Source: Lachnospiraceae bacterium
GTDB taxonomy: Bacteria > Bacillota > Clostridia > Lachnospirales > Lachnospiraceae
Direction of reading: 5' to 3'
NCBI GenBank assembly: GCA_017427415.1
Contig: JAFRSU010000038.1
Location: forward strand, 80,717-112,716
DNA length: 32,000 bases
In this document: positions 8,105 through 15,071 of the stretch, one piece after another
Layout of the letters: every line of letters starts with the position of its first letter
Numbering within the stretch: the stretch's first letter is position 1
Translations under genes and position numbers: made by a program
The notes under the pieces: generated by a model
The model's database searches: none
What the model was told of the DNA's origin: nothing
The model's input: only the letters and a program-made list of their open reading frames with translations

Positions 8105-10081
8105 TTATGATTCTTTATCAAACTGCCATTCGGGTTTCTTGAAAAAGTCAACCCTGGGCTCTAAGAACTTTAACTTATGTGCCGCAAGATCCGGAATGTA
8201 TGCGGTCAGGGGGTCCAAAATATAATCCCAGCTCCACAGCTTCTCATCGAGATTCATATATTCCCTAAACATTTCACACCCGTCCGGAGCTATCGGATGG
8301 AACAGTACGGCCATAACCTTGCAGGAATACCATGTATCAACAAGCAGCTGCCTCTTTAGCTCAATATCATCATTCTTATCGGCTTCCCTGCTGGTAGCAG
8401 CCCAATACTTGTTTACTTCTCTGATGTATTCATCCAACGTATATGATATCCTGTGGAAATCATGGTTGTACATGTGTCTTTCATACTCTTCCACATTTTT
8501 TACCGCGAGGCTCTTTATCTTTTCGGACACTTCTCCTTCAGGTAAGATCCCGTTAAACGAAGCCTGTGTCGAATAAAAGCACGATCTGATAAGCCTGTTG
8601 TATACGTTTGTCAAGAGGTTACCCTCTTTTACAACCATATCCACGCCCTCGCGTTCTTCTTCGGTCATGTACACCTGAGGCTTAAAGCCGGTACTCTTAT
8701 TGGAAAGTCCCAGGCTCATAAAGTGCATACGAAGCTGGTCCACCGAATAGTGGTCAAGAAGCTCATCCGCCATGGGGGGCTTGATGGCCGAACTGCTGCT
8801 GGCCTTCGTATCCATAAACAATATATGCCTGTTAGGAATGATATGAGGCGGCTTAATATTCCCGAGAGCATGGAACATGCCCATCTCGGCGATGGAATAG
8901 AAATAGATATTGTCCTCGCCTATAAACTGATAAACCAGGGCTTCATCATCATTCCACCACTTCTGCCATTCACCTTCATCCCTTCCTGTTGACTTAAGGT
9001 AAGCCTTGGTAAATGAAATGGGAGCCCATAAGGATTCGGGCCATACCCAGAAGGTAAGATCCTTTTCACCTTCCTTTTCAGGCACCGGAACACCCCATTC
9101 GACATTACCCGAGAGTCTGAACGGAACCAGGGTTTTGCCGGCAGTATAATGAACACCTGCCTCTTCCATTACTTTTCTTGCCACATCTCTGTCATCAAGA
9201 GTTTTAAATACACACAGAAGTGATTTTCTCTTCTCTTCATCTATAAGCTCATGCTCGGGGAATTTATTTAACAGTGCTTCCTGATCGATCCCCTCAAGAT
9301 ATTTCTTAGGTATATGTACCGACGGCTTATTGAGGAATTCATCAATGATGACCATCTCATATTTACGCCTGTTGGAATTTGCACGTAAATCCTTAATGCA
9401 TTCCTTTAAGTAGTCGATATCATCTTCAAGTTTATAATACCAGTTAGTTACATTAACAAATACAGGTTTCTTTCCCGAAAGAACGCTCACAGGATCGATC
9501 AGCTCGCTCGGCATGTACTGATGTCCTAACGAACACTCGTCAGCATATGCCTTTTCGCTCGTACATCCCTCGATAGGACATTTCCCGACCACCTGACGTC
9601 CGTTTAAGAAAACTTTCAGTTCCTCATCATAGAACTGCGGAGTAGACAGCTTTTCAAGCGCCCCCTTCTCATACAGGATATTAAATATTTCCGCAGACGT
9701 CCTGTTATGTATCTCACCGGCTTCTCCTAAGGCTGATGCCCCGAAATAATCAAGACTGATCCTGTATCTGCCTAAGGTTTTCTTTTGCTTTTCGTGATTT
9801 GACTTTACATAATCCTTTATAGATTCAGTATATCCGCTTTCCTTAAGCTTTCTGTAACTCTCAAGAGCAGGCGAGCCGTAACAGTCGGTTCCGGATACAA
9901 AGATAACATTCTCTTTTCCTATCCTGTCACGCATAAACCTGGCAAAAATATCCGCATGTACAAACATACCGCCTACATGCCCGAAATGCAGCTCCTTATT
10001 ACCGTAAGGCATTCCGCCGGTAATAACACACCTTTTCGGGAACACCGGCTTTTCGTCAGGTCTTAATCTCTTGTCGTACAT
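8105..10081 (-). CDS. Class I aminoacyl-tRNA synthetase family protein, MetRS-like and divergent
   Basis: HIGH-type motif PYGNKELHFGHVGG (HFGH at 9977-9988). Zinc-knuckle-like GKCPIEGCTSEKAYADECSLGH. MetRS-like WGVPVP and QFIGEDNIYFYS. The KMSKS position reads DTKASSSS (KASSS at 8792-8806). GGAGG abuts the first ATG (10087), so the second ATG (10081, 6-nt spacing) is the likelier start. Confidence 0.7.
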   Translation of the reverse strand: MYDKRLRPDEKPVFPKRCVITGGMPYGNKELHFGHVGGMFVHADIFARFMRDRIGKENVIFVSGTDCYGSPALESYRKLKESGYTESIKDYVKSNHEKQKKTLGRYRISLDYFGASALGEAGEIHNRTSAEIFNILYEKGALEKLSTPQFYDEELKVFLNGRQVVGKCPIEGCTSEKAYADECSLGHQYMPSELIDPVSVLSGKKPVFVNVTNWYYKLEDDIDYLKECIKDLRANSNRRKYEMVIIDEFLNKPSVHIPKKYLEGIDQEALLNKFPEHELIDEEKRKSLLCVFKTLDDRDVARKVMEEAGVHYTAGKTLVPFRLSGNVEWGVPVPEKEGEKDLTFWVWPESLWAPISFTKAYLKSTGRDEGEWQKWWNDDEALVYQFIGEDNIYFYSIAEMGMFHALGNIKPPHIIPNRHILFMDTKASSSSAIKPPMADELLDHYSVDQLRMHFMSLGLSNKSTGFKPQVYMTEEEREGVDMVVKEGNLLTNVYNRLIRSCFYSTQASFNGILPEGEVSEKIKSLAVKNVEEYERHMYNHDFHRISYTLDEYIREVNKYWAATSREADKNDDIELKRQLLVDTWYSCKVMAVLFHPIAPDGCEMFREYMNLDEKLWSWDYILDPLTAYIPDLAAHKLKFLEPRVDFFKKPEWQFDKES

Positions 10082-10124
10082 CTGCATCCTCCAATTGTGA
10101 CAAGGTGATGATCTATAGTCACAT

Positions 10125-11309
10125 TTATTTATACTCTTCAGCCAATTTCTTGAATTCAGGCAATGACCTCTTGATCATATCGTAGTCAACGCAGTAAGCT
10201 ATTCTTACATAACCTGCACAGCCGAATGTTGAGCCGGGTACGATGAGGAGACGGTGCTCCTTAGCCTTTGCCACGAATGCCTTGTCATCTGCCTCCAAAG
10301 CTTTTACGAACAGATAGAATGCACCCTCGGGCTTTACACATTCATAACCGTACTCAAGTAAAGCATTGTACAGAAGCTCTCTGTTTCTGTTGTATATCTC
10401 AACGTCCACCTTCGCATCCAGGCACTTTGATACAAAGAGCTGTGCGAGCGAAGGCGCATTAACAAAGCCTAAGATACGTGTAGCTACACCTGCTGCCGAG
10501 ATGATGTTCTCGCTATCCTCAGCCTCATCCGGAATTACCAGGTATCCGATACGGTCGCCGGGAAGTGAAAGCGACTTGCTGAATGAGTAGCCTACTATAG
10601 TATTCTTATAATACTTTGTGATATAAGGCACCTCTACGCCGTCGAAAGCGAGCTCTCTGTAGGGCTCATCCGAAAGGATGTAGATGGGTGCGCCGAACTC
10701 TGCCTGCTTTTTCTCTAAGATAGCGGCAATGTTCTTTATTGTAGCCTCCGAATATACAACACCGGTGGGGTTGTTGGGGGAGTTAACTATTACAATCCTG
10801 GTATTTGCTGTAAGCTTTGCCTCGAACTCATCGAGCTTAGGCTGGAAACAGGTAGTATCGGGTGATATCTCAACTATCTTTGCATCGAAGTTGGAAGCAT
10901 AGCTTCTGTACTCACCAAAGTAAGGAGAAAATACCACTACCTCATCACCGGGGTTAAGCAGTGATTTCATGATAACATTCATGCCGCCTGCTGCACCTAC
11001 GGTCATAACGATATTGCGTACTGCAAAATTGGTACCGAATCTCTTATTGATATTCTCGGCGATCTTACCTCTTACTTCTTCGTATCCGGGATTAAGCATG
11101 TATCCGTGGACATAGCCCGGCTTGTAGGTATCTACTACTTCCTTTATAGCATTCTTTACCTCTGCAGGCGGCTCTACCGAAGGGTTACCGAGCGAGAAAT
11201 CATATACGTTCTCAGCACCGTACTTTTCAGCCATTTTCTTGCCTTCTTCGAACATAGCTCTTATAGCTGAGCCGTTCTTTACCATGTTTTCCATTTTCTT
11301 AGATATCAT
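10125..11309 (-). CDS. PLP-dependent aminotransferase, class I (aspartate/alanine aminotransferase-like)
   Basis: Motifs NSPNNPTG and YSFSKSLSLPGDRIGY (PLP lysine). The track ORF begins at a TTG at 11327. The ATG at 11309 (MISKKMEN...) is preceded by GAAGGTGGA. Confidence 0.85.
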   Translation of the reverse strand: MISKKMENMVKNGSAIRAMFEEGKKMAEKYGAENVYDFSLGNPSVEPPAEVKNAIKEVVDTYKPGYVHGYMLNPGYEEVRGKIAENINKRFGTNFAVRNIVMTVGAAGGMNVIMKSLLNPGDEVVVFSPYFGEYRSYASNFDAKIVEISPDTTCFQPKLDEFEAKLTANTRIVIVNSPNNPTGVVYSEATIKNIAAILEKKQAEFGAPIYILSDEPYRELAFDGVEVPYITKYYKNTIVGYSFSKSLSLPGDRIGYLVIPDEAEDSENIISAAGVATRILGFVNAPSLAQLFVSKCLDAKVDVEIYNRNRELLYNALLEYGYECVKPEGAFYLFVKALEADDKAFVAKAKEHRLLIVPGSTFGCAGYVRIAYCVDYDMIKRSLPEFKKLAEEYK

Positions 11310-11339
11310 ATGTCCACCTTCTTTCAAAAAATCAAAGTC

Positions 11340-11368
11340 ATTATAGCAAAATAATGCGGATATGTCAA
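11340..11368 (-). promoter_or_regulatory. Consensus SigA-type promoter for the aminotransferase/aaRS-like string
   Basis: The minus strand reads TTGACA (11368-11363), a 17-nt spacer, then TATAAT (11345-11340), about 30 nt upstream of the ATG at 11309. Confidence 0.65.
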
Positions 11369-11374
11369 AAAGAA

Positions 11375-11421
11375 TTCCACTTTTTCAATGGATTTTTGCC
11401 TAAAATTTCCACTTTTTCAAT
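11375..11421. repeat. Perfect 15-bp direct repeat TTCCACTTTTTCAAT x2 immediately upstream of the -35
   Basis: The copies are at 11375-11389 and 11407-11421, with starts 32 bp apart. The minus strand reads ATTGAAAAAGTGGAA. Confidence 0.85.
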
Positions 11422-11427
11422 AAGCGT

Positions 11428-11454
11428 AAAAAAGCCGCAGGGTTCACCTGCGGC
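11428..11454 (-). terminator. Rho-independent terminator after the LRR gene pair
   Basis: The minus strand reads GCCGCAGG-TGAAC-CCTGCGGC followed by TTTTTT. It lies about 70 nt downstream of the stop at 11527. Confidence 0.8.
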
Positions 11455-11526
11455 ATACAATACTTTTATTCATTTCGGTACTGTCATTTTAATCAAATAC
11501 CCGACTTCTGACCGGCTCTGATCGAG

Positions 11527-12510
11527 TCAGTCATAATAGTCATCGATATTGTAATCTACCCTCATGCCGATATCATTAGCCCACTTCTCTGCATAACTGC
11601 CTTTGGTGGTAACTACTGTGATGCCAAGTTTGTCACCGTAATAACGGCTGAAAAATCCGTCATCGATCTCTGTAACACTTTCCGGTATCACAAGCGTTTC
11701 TACGTATTTACAGCCTCCAAGCACCTCATATCCGAGTTTTACGGTTTTTCTTCCGAACACAACTGTCTCAAGCATATTGTTCTCCCAGAAGCATCCACCT
11801 ACTTCACGTACCTCATCCGGGAAATGCACACTTTGAAGCATATAACAGCATCCGAAAGCCGAACCTCTTATAAAACGTAAAGTTGAAGGCATTGATACGT
11901 ATTGAAGTTTCTCACAGTCCCAGAAGGTTCTGCCCGGGAGCCATTTGGTCCTTGCAAGGATTTCAACTCTCTCGAGATTTACACAATACTGGAAAATACC
12001 GCTTCCAAGATCCTTGGCTTTCTTAGGGATCGTAGCTTCTTTCAGAGTTTTACAGTTCACAAAAGCATAGTCGCCGATCTTTCTTACGTTATCCGGAATT
12101 TTAATCTCTTCAAGCTTCTCACAGCCATCAAATGCATAATTCCCGATGGTTCTCAAAGTACTCGGTAACGTAATGGATGTAATATTGGAACAACCCTGGA
12201 AAGCTGCAAAATCTATCAGCTCTACGCCTTTTGAAATGGTCACGGATGTTATGTCGGTATTTTTAGCAAATACCGATCTTCCGATAGCTACTACATTTTT
12301 CCCGTCTATCTTTGACGGTACGGTAATATCGGTGTCATTGCCGTTATAGCCTGTTATCGTAAGCCTCTTGCCTTCGTATTCGAATTCCCAGTCACCTTTC
12401 GAACCCTTTGTAGCTGCCTTTGCCTCACCACTGCCCAAAGGAAGAACGACTGCAAGAAGAAATACAGCTATGATAAGTCCCATTATACGGGATATTGTTT
12501 TTCTTGTCAT
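11527..12510 (-). CDS. Secreted leucine-rich-repeat protein, BspA type (LRR_5-like repeats)
   Basis: A signal peptide (ISRIMGLIIAVFLLAVVLP...AKA) is followed by repeated units of the form F.GC..L..I.IP..V..IG..AF. The ATG at 12510 is preceded by AAGGAGG with 5-nt spacing. The track start at 12540 is a GTG overlapping the upstream stop. Confidence 0.8.
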   Translation of the reverse strand: MTRKTISRIMGLIIAVFLLAVVLPLGSGEAKAATKGSKGDWEFEYEGKRLTITGYNGNDTDITVPSKIDGKNVVAIGRSVFAKNTDITSVTISKGVELIDFAAFQGCSNITSITLPSTLRTIGNYAFDGCEKLEEIKIPDNVRKIGDYAFVNCKTLKEATIPKKAKDLGSGIFQYCVNLERVEILARTKWLPGRTFWDCEKLQYVSMPSTLRFIRGSAFGCCYMLQSVHFPDEVREVGGCFWENNMLETVVFGRKTVKLGYEVLGGCKYVETLVIPESVTEIDDGFFSRYYGDKLGITVVTTKGSYAEKWANDIGMRVDYNIDDYYD

Positions 12511-12536
12511 ATTAACCTCCTTCTTTTTCTCCGCCA

Positions 12537-13514
12537 TCACTTCGTAACAACGGTAAGTCCCTGTTCTGCTGCCCAGGATGCAGCATAACTGCCTTTAGGT
12601 GCTTCGATCACAAGGTAATTCCTAGCATCATCATAAAGGCCCGAAAGCATCTTATCACCTATAGTTGTTAAACTTTTAGGCATGATGATCTTTTCAAGGT
12701 TCCAGCACTGTCCGTAGAAAAGTTCATTTCCCAGTTCGGTGACGTTACTGCCGAGGTCAAGCACCTCAAGATTCTTGCAATCGAAGAATGCATGATACGA
12801 AACCTTCTTTGTTTTAGCGGGAACTTTAAAAGTTTCCAACGATTCACAGCATCCGAATGCAGTATTTCCGATAACTTCTATCGTAGAAGGAAGGCTAATG
12901 CTCTCTAAAGCTATACAATCCCAAAAGGTATCCGAAGGAAGTTCCTTGATCTTTGCTTTGATGACTGCCTTCTCCAAGCTCTCGCAGTATTTTAATATAC
13001 CTGATCCCAACTTGGTAGCTTTAGCGGGGATGGTTATGCTCTTTAGCGACTTACATCTGCAGAACACATAATCGCCCATCTCGGTAATGCTGGAAGGAAG
13101 CTTAATGGTGGTAAGCGAATAACAGTTTTCAAATACACTGTCGTCAAGCTTTGTAAGCTTAATCTTTTTCTTGAATTTAACAGTTGTAAGGAATTCACAG
13201 TCAGCAAATGCACACCAGCCGATTTCCTTAACTGTCTTGGGGATTATAACAGTCTCGATATTCTGGTTCTTTCTGAAAGCCTCACGGCCTATGGCAGTTA
13301 CTGTCTTTCCGCCGATCTTTGAAGGTATGGTTACCTTAGATTTGCTGCCTTTGTACAGGGTTATAGTGGCTGTTTTTCCTTCATATTCGTACTCCCAGTC
13401 ACCGCTCTTTGCTTTTTCCGCTGCCTTAGCTTCCATAGCTTTGGGCAGAAGAGCTGCTGCCGACACCGCAAGTAACAGGACTGCAGCCAGCATTAACAAA
13501 ATCCGTTTTTTCAT
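12537..13514 (-). CDS. Secreted leucine-rich-repeat protein, BspA type, paralogue of the gene downstream
   Basis: Signal peptide MKKRILLMLAAVLLLAVSAAALL...AKA. It is colinear with 11527..12510, sharing SGDWEYEYEGK, TIPSKIGGK, KLGSGI and GSYA..WA. SD AAAGGAGA precedes the start. Confidence 0.8.
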   Translation of the reverse strand: MKKRILLMLAAVLLLAVSAAALLPKAMEAKAAEKAKSGDWEYEYEGKTATITLYKGSKSKVTIPSKIGGKTVTAIGREAFRKNQNIETVIIPKTVKEIGWCAFADCEFLTTVKFKKKIKLTKLDDSVFENCYSLTTIKLPSSITEMGDYVFCRCKSLKSITIPAKATKLGSGILKYCESLEKAVIKAKIKELPSDTFWDCIALESISLPSTIEVIGNTAFGCCESLETFKVPAKTKKVSYHAFFDCKNLEVLDLGSNVTELGNELFYGQCWNLEKIIMPKSLTTIGDKMLSGLYDDARNYLVIEAPKGSYAASWAAEQGLTVVTK

Positions 13515-13576
13515 CAGAACTCTCCTTTCACATGACCGGCATGCCGGTTTATTTGCTGTAAATAAACAATAGAATT

Positions 13577-13605
13577 ATTATATCACAGAATTCAGCAAAT
13601 GTATA
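13577..13605 (-). promoter_or_regulatory. Putative promoter of the LRR pair with an extended -10
   Basis: The minus strand reads TATACA (13605-13600), a 17-nt spacer, then TGATATAAT (13585-13577). Confidence 0.45.
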
Positions 13606-13663
13606 GATGAAGTGTGTGGATTTTGACATATTTCCGTTAATTTTTCAGATAAATATTTGTGAT

Positions 13664-13754
13664 GACGGTTCTCTGACATAAAAAACTCCGCAGGAATAAT
13701 CCCACGGAGTATATATAATTATATTTTTTCTATCATATCAATCAGAGAACCGTC
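13664..13754. repeat. 13-bp perfect inverted repeat bracketing the lysC terminator
   Basis: GACGGTTCTCTGA (13664-13676) is the reverse complement of TCAGAGAACCGTC (13742-13754). The right arm also forms a local hairpin, ATCAGAG-N8-CTCTGAT (13741-13762). Confidence 0.8.
13680..13710 (-). terminator. Rho-independent terminator after lysC
   Basis: The minus strand reads ACTCCGTGGGATTATTCCTGCGGAGT followed by TTTTTT. Confidence 0.8.
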
Positions 13755-13767
13755 CCTCTGATCGATT

Positions 13768-14979
13768 TTAGTTTGACTTGATGAATTTGTCATGGATGGC
13801 TCTCATAGCCTGATCACAGTACTCCTGGTCGATAAGTACGCTGATCTTGATCTCGGAAGTAGAGATCATCTTGATATTGATACCTGCGCTGTACAGAGCC
13901 TCGAACATCTTAGCTGCAACACCTGCGTTGGTAACCATGCCGGCACCTACAACACTGACCTTTGCAACATTTCTGTCTACATCGATCTTATCACAGATAA
14001 GGCTTGTATTTCTGTGGTTTTCCATAACGGCAAGTGCCTCATCTACCTTGTCCTCATCCACTGTGAAGCTGATATCCTTTGTGCCGTCACGACCGATGGA
14101 CTGAAGGATGATATCTACATTGATGCCGTGATTTGCAAGGTGGTTAAAGAGCTTGAAAGCCACACCAGGCTGGTCCTGTAAACCGATAACGGCAATTCTG
14201 GCCGGTTTCTTGTCGCATGCAACACCGCTTATGATCATTTTTTCCATTTTAGCATTCTCCTTTACTACTGTTCCTTCGTTTGTATTTAAGCTTGAACGTA
14301 CAACTATCTGTACTCCGTATTTCTTTCCCATTTCTACCGATCTGTTATGAAGAACTCCCGCACCTAATGTGGCAAGCTCGAGCATCTCATCATAAGTAAT
14401 CTCGTCAAGCTTCTTTGCATCGGGAACGATACGGGGATCAGCAGTATATACACCGTCTACGTCAGTATATATCTCACATTTGTCGGCACGAAGCGCTGCT
14501 GCTAAAGCAACTGCGGTGGTATCCGATCCGCCGCGGCCTAAGGTGGTCACGTTGTTGTACTTGTCAACACCCTGGAAACCGGTGATGACTACGATCTTTC
14601 TTGCATCAAGTTCTGCTCTGATCCTCTCGGAATCAATACTTGTAAGCCTTGCATTGGTGTAATCACTGGTGGTATGCATAGCTACCTGAAATGCATTAAG
14701 TGATACTGCAGGTACTCCGAGCTCCGCCATAGCCATACACATGAGCGATACGGATATCTGCTCGCCTACTGCTACGAGCATGTCAAGCTCACGCTTGGGA
14801 GGCTTGGCACTTATGTCTTTAGCCTTTGCTATAAGCTCGTTGGTGGTTTTTCCCATTGCGGAAAGTACTACTACAACATCATTTCCTGCCTTGTAGTCCT
14901 CGATACAGCGGTTTGCTACATTGTAGATCCTTTCCTTGTTTGCGACGGACGAACCGCCGAATTTCTTTACTACTAACAT
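13768..14979 (-). CDS. lysC: Aspartate kinase
   Basis: N-terminal VVKKFGGSSV, LGRGGSDTTAVALA, and a tandem ACT-like C-terminal half. SD GAGGAG precedes the start. Confidence 0.95.
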   Translation of the reverse strand: MLVVKKFGGSSVANKERIYNVANRCIEDYKAGNDVVVVLSAMGKTTNELIAKAKDISAKPPKRELDMLVAVGEQISVSLMCMAMAELGVPAVSLNAFQVAMHTTSDYTNARLTSIDSERIRAELDARKIVVITGFQGVDKYNNVTTLGRGGSDTTAVALAAALRADKCEIYTDVDGVYTADPRIVPDAKKLDEITYDEMLELATLGAGVLHNRSVEMGKKYGVQIVVRSSLNTNEGTVVKENAKMEKMIISGVACDKKPARIAVIGLQDQPGVAFKLFNHLANHGINVDIILQSIGRDGTKDISFTVDEDKVDEALAVMENHRNTSLICDKIDVDRNVAKVSVVGAGMVTNAGVAAKMFEALYSAGINIKMISTSEIKISVLIDQEYCDQAMRAIHDKFIKSN

Positions 14980-15008
14980 GCTTTTACTCCTCTATTTCAA
15001 TTTGTATT

Positions 15009-15056
15009 ACACCTCATCAGTCAGCTGACGCTGACAGCTTCCCCTCAAGGGGAAGC
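15009..15056. repeat. Copy of the structured intergenic repeat, between hom and lysC
   Basis: ACACCTCATC (15009-15018), the hairpin GTCAGC-TGAC-GCTGAC (15020-15035), and the perfect palindrome GCTTCCCCT-CA-AGGGGAAGC (15037-15056). Confidence 0.85.
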
Positions 15057-15071
15057 CTTTTGTAAATCACT

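Noticed and set aside
12511-12540. N-terminal extensions given by the ORF track at 12540, 16325, 20547, 25939, 11327 and 10087.
   Set aside because: The extensions begin at GTG or TTG, or at an ATG with no usable SD spacing. They overlap upstream genes or promoters, and an internal ATG with a good SD precedes the recognisable N-terminus in each case (signal peptide, Rossmann motif and so on).
13535-13548. The palindrome ACCGGCATGCCGGT in the 5-prime leader of the upstream LRR gene, considered as a terminator or attenuator.
   Set aside because: It forms only a 5-bp stem with a 4-nt loop and lies 20 nt from the start codon with no U-tract. At most it is a minor leader hairpin or a protein-binding site, and the evidence is insufficient.
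13608-13682. A 24-codon plus-strand ORF (MKCVDFDIFPLIFQINICDDGSLT), together with a plus-strand TTGACA at 13623-13628, in the lysC/LRR spacer.
   Set aside because: It has no SD sequence and no acceptable -10 at the right spacing, and it runs into the minus-strand terminator. It is probably fortuitous.
14980-15071. A lysine (L-box) riboswitch upstream of lysC, and a T-box leader upstream of the aaRS-like gene (10082..10124).
   Set aside because: The spacers are 92 nt and 43 nt, far too short for either leader. The lysC spacer is filled by the repeat element, and no specifier or T-box sequence is visible.
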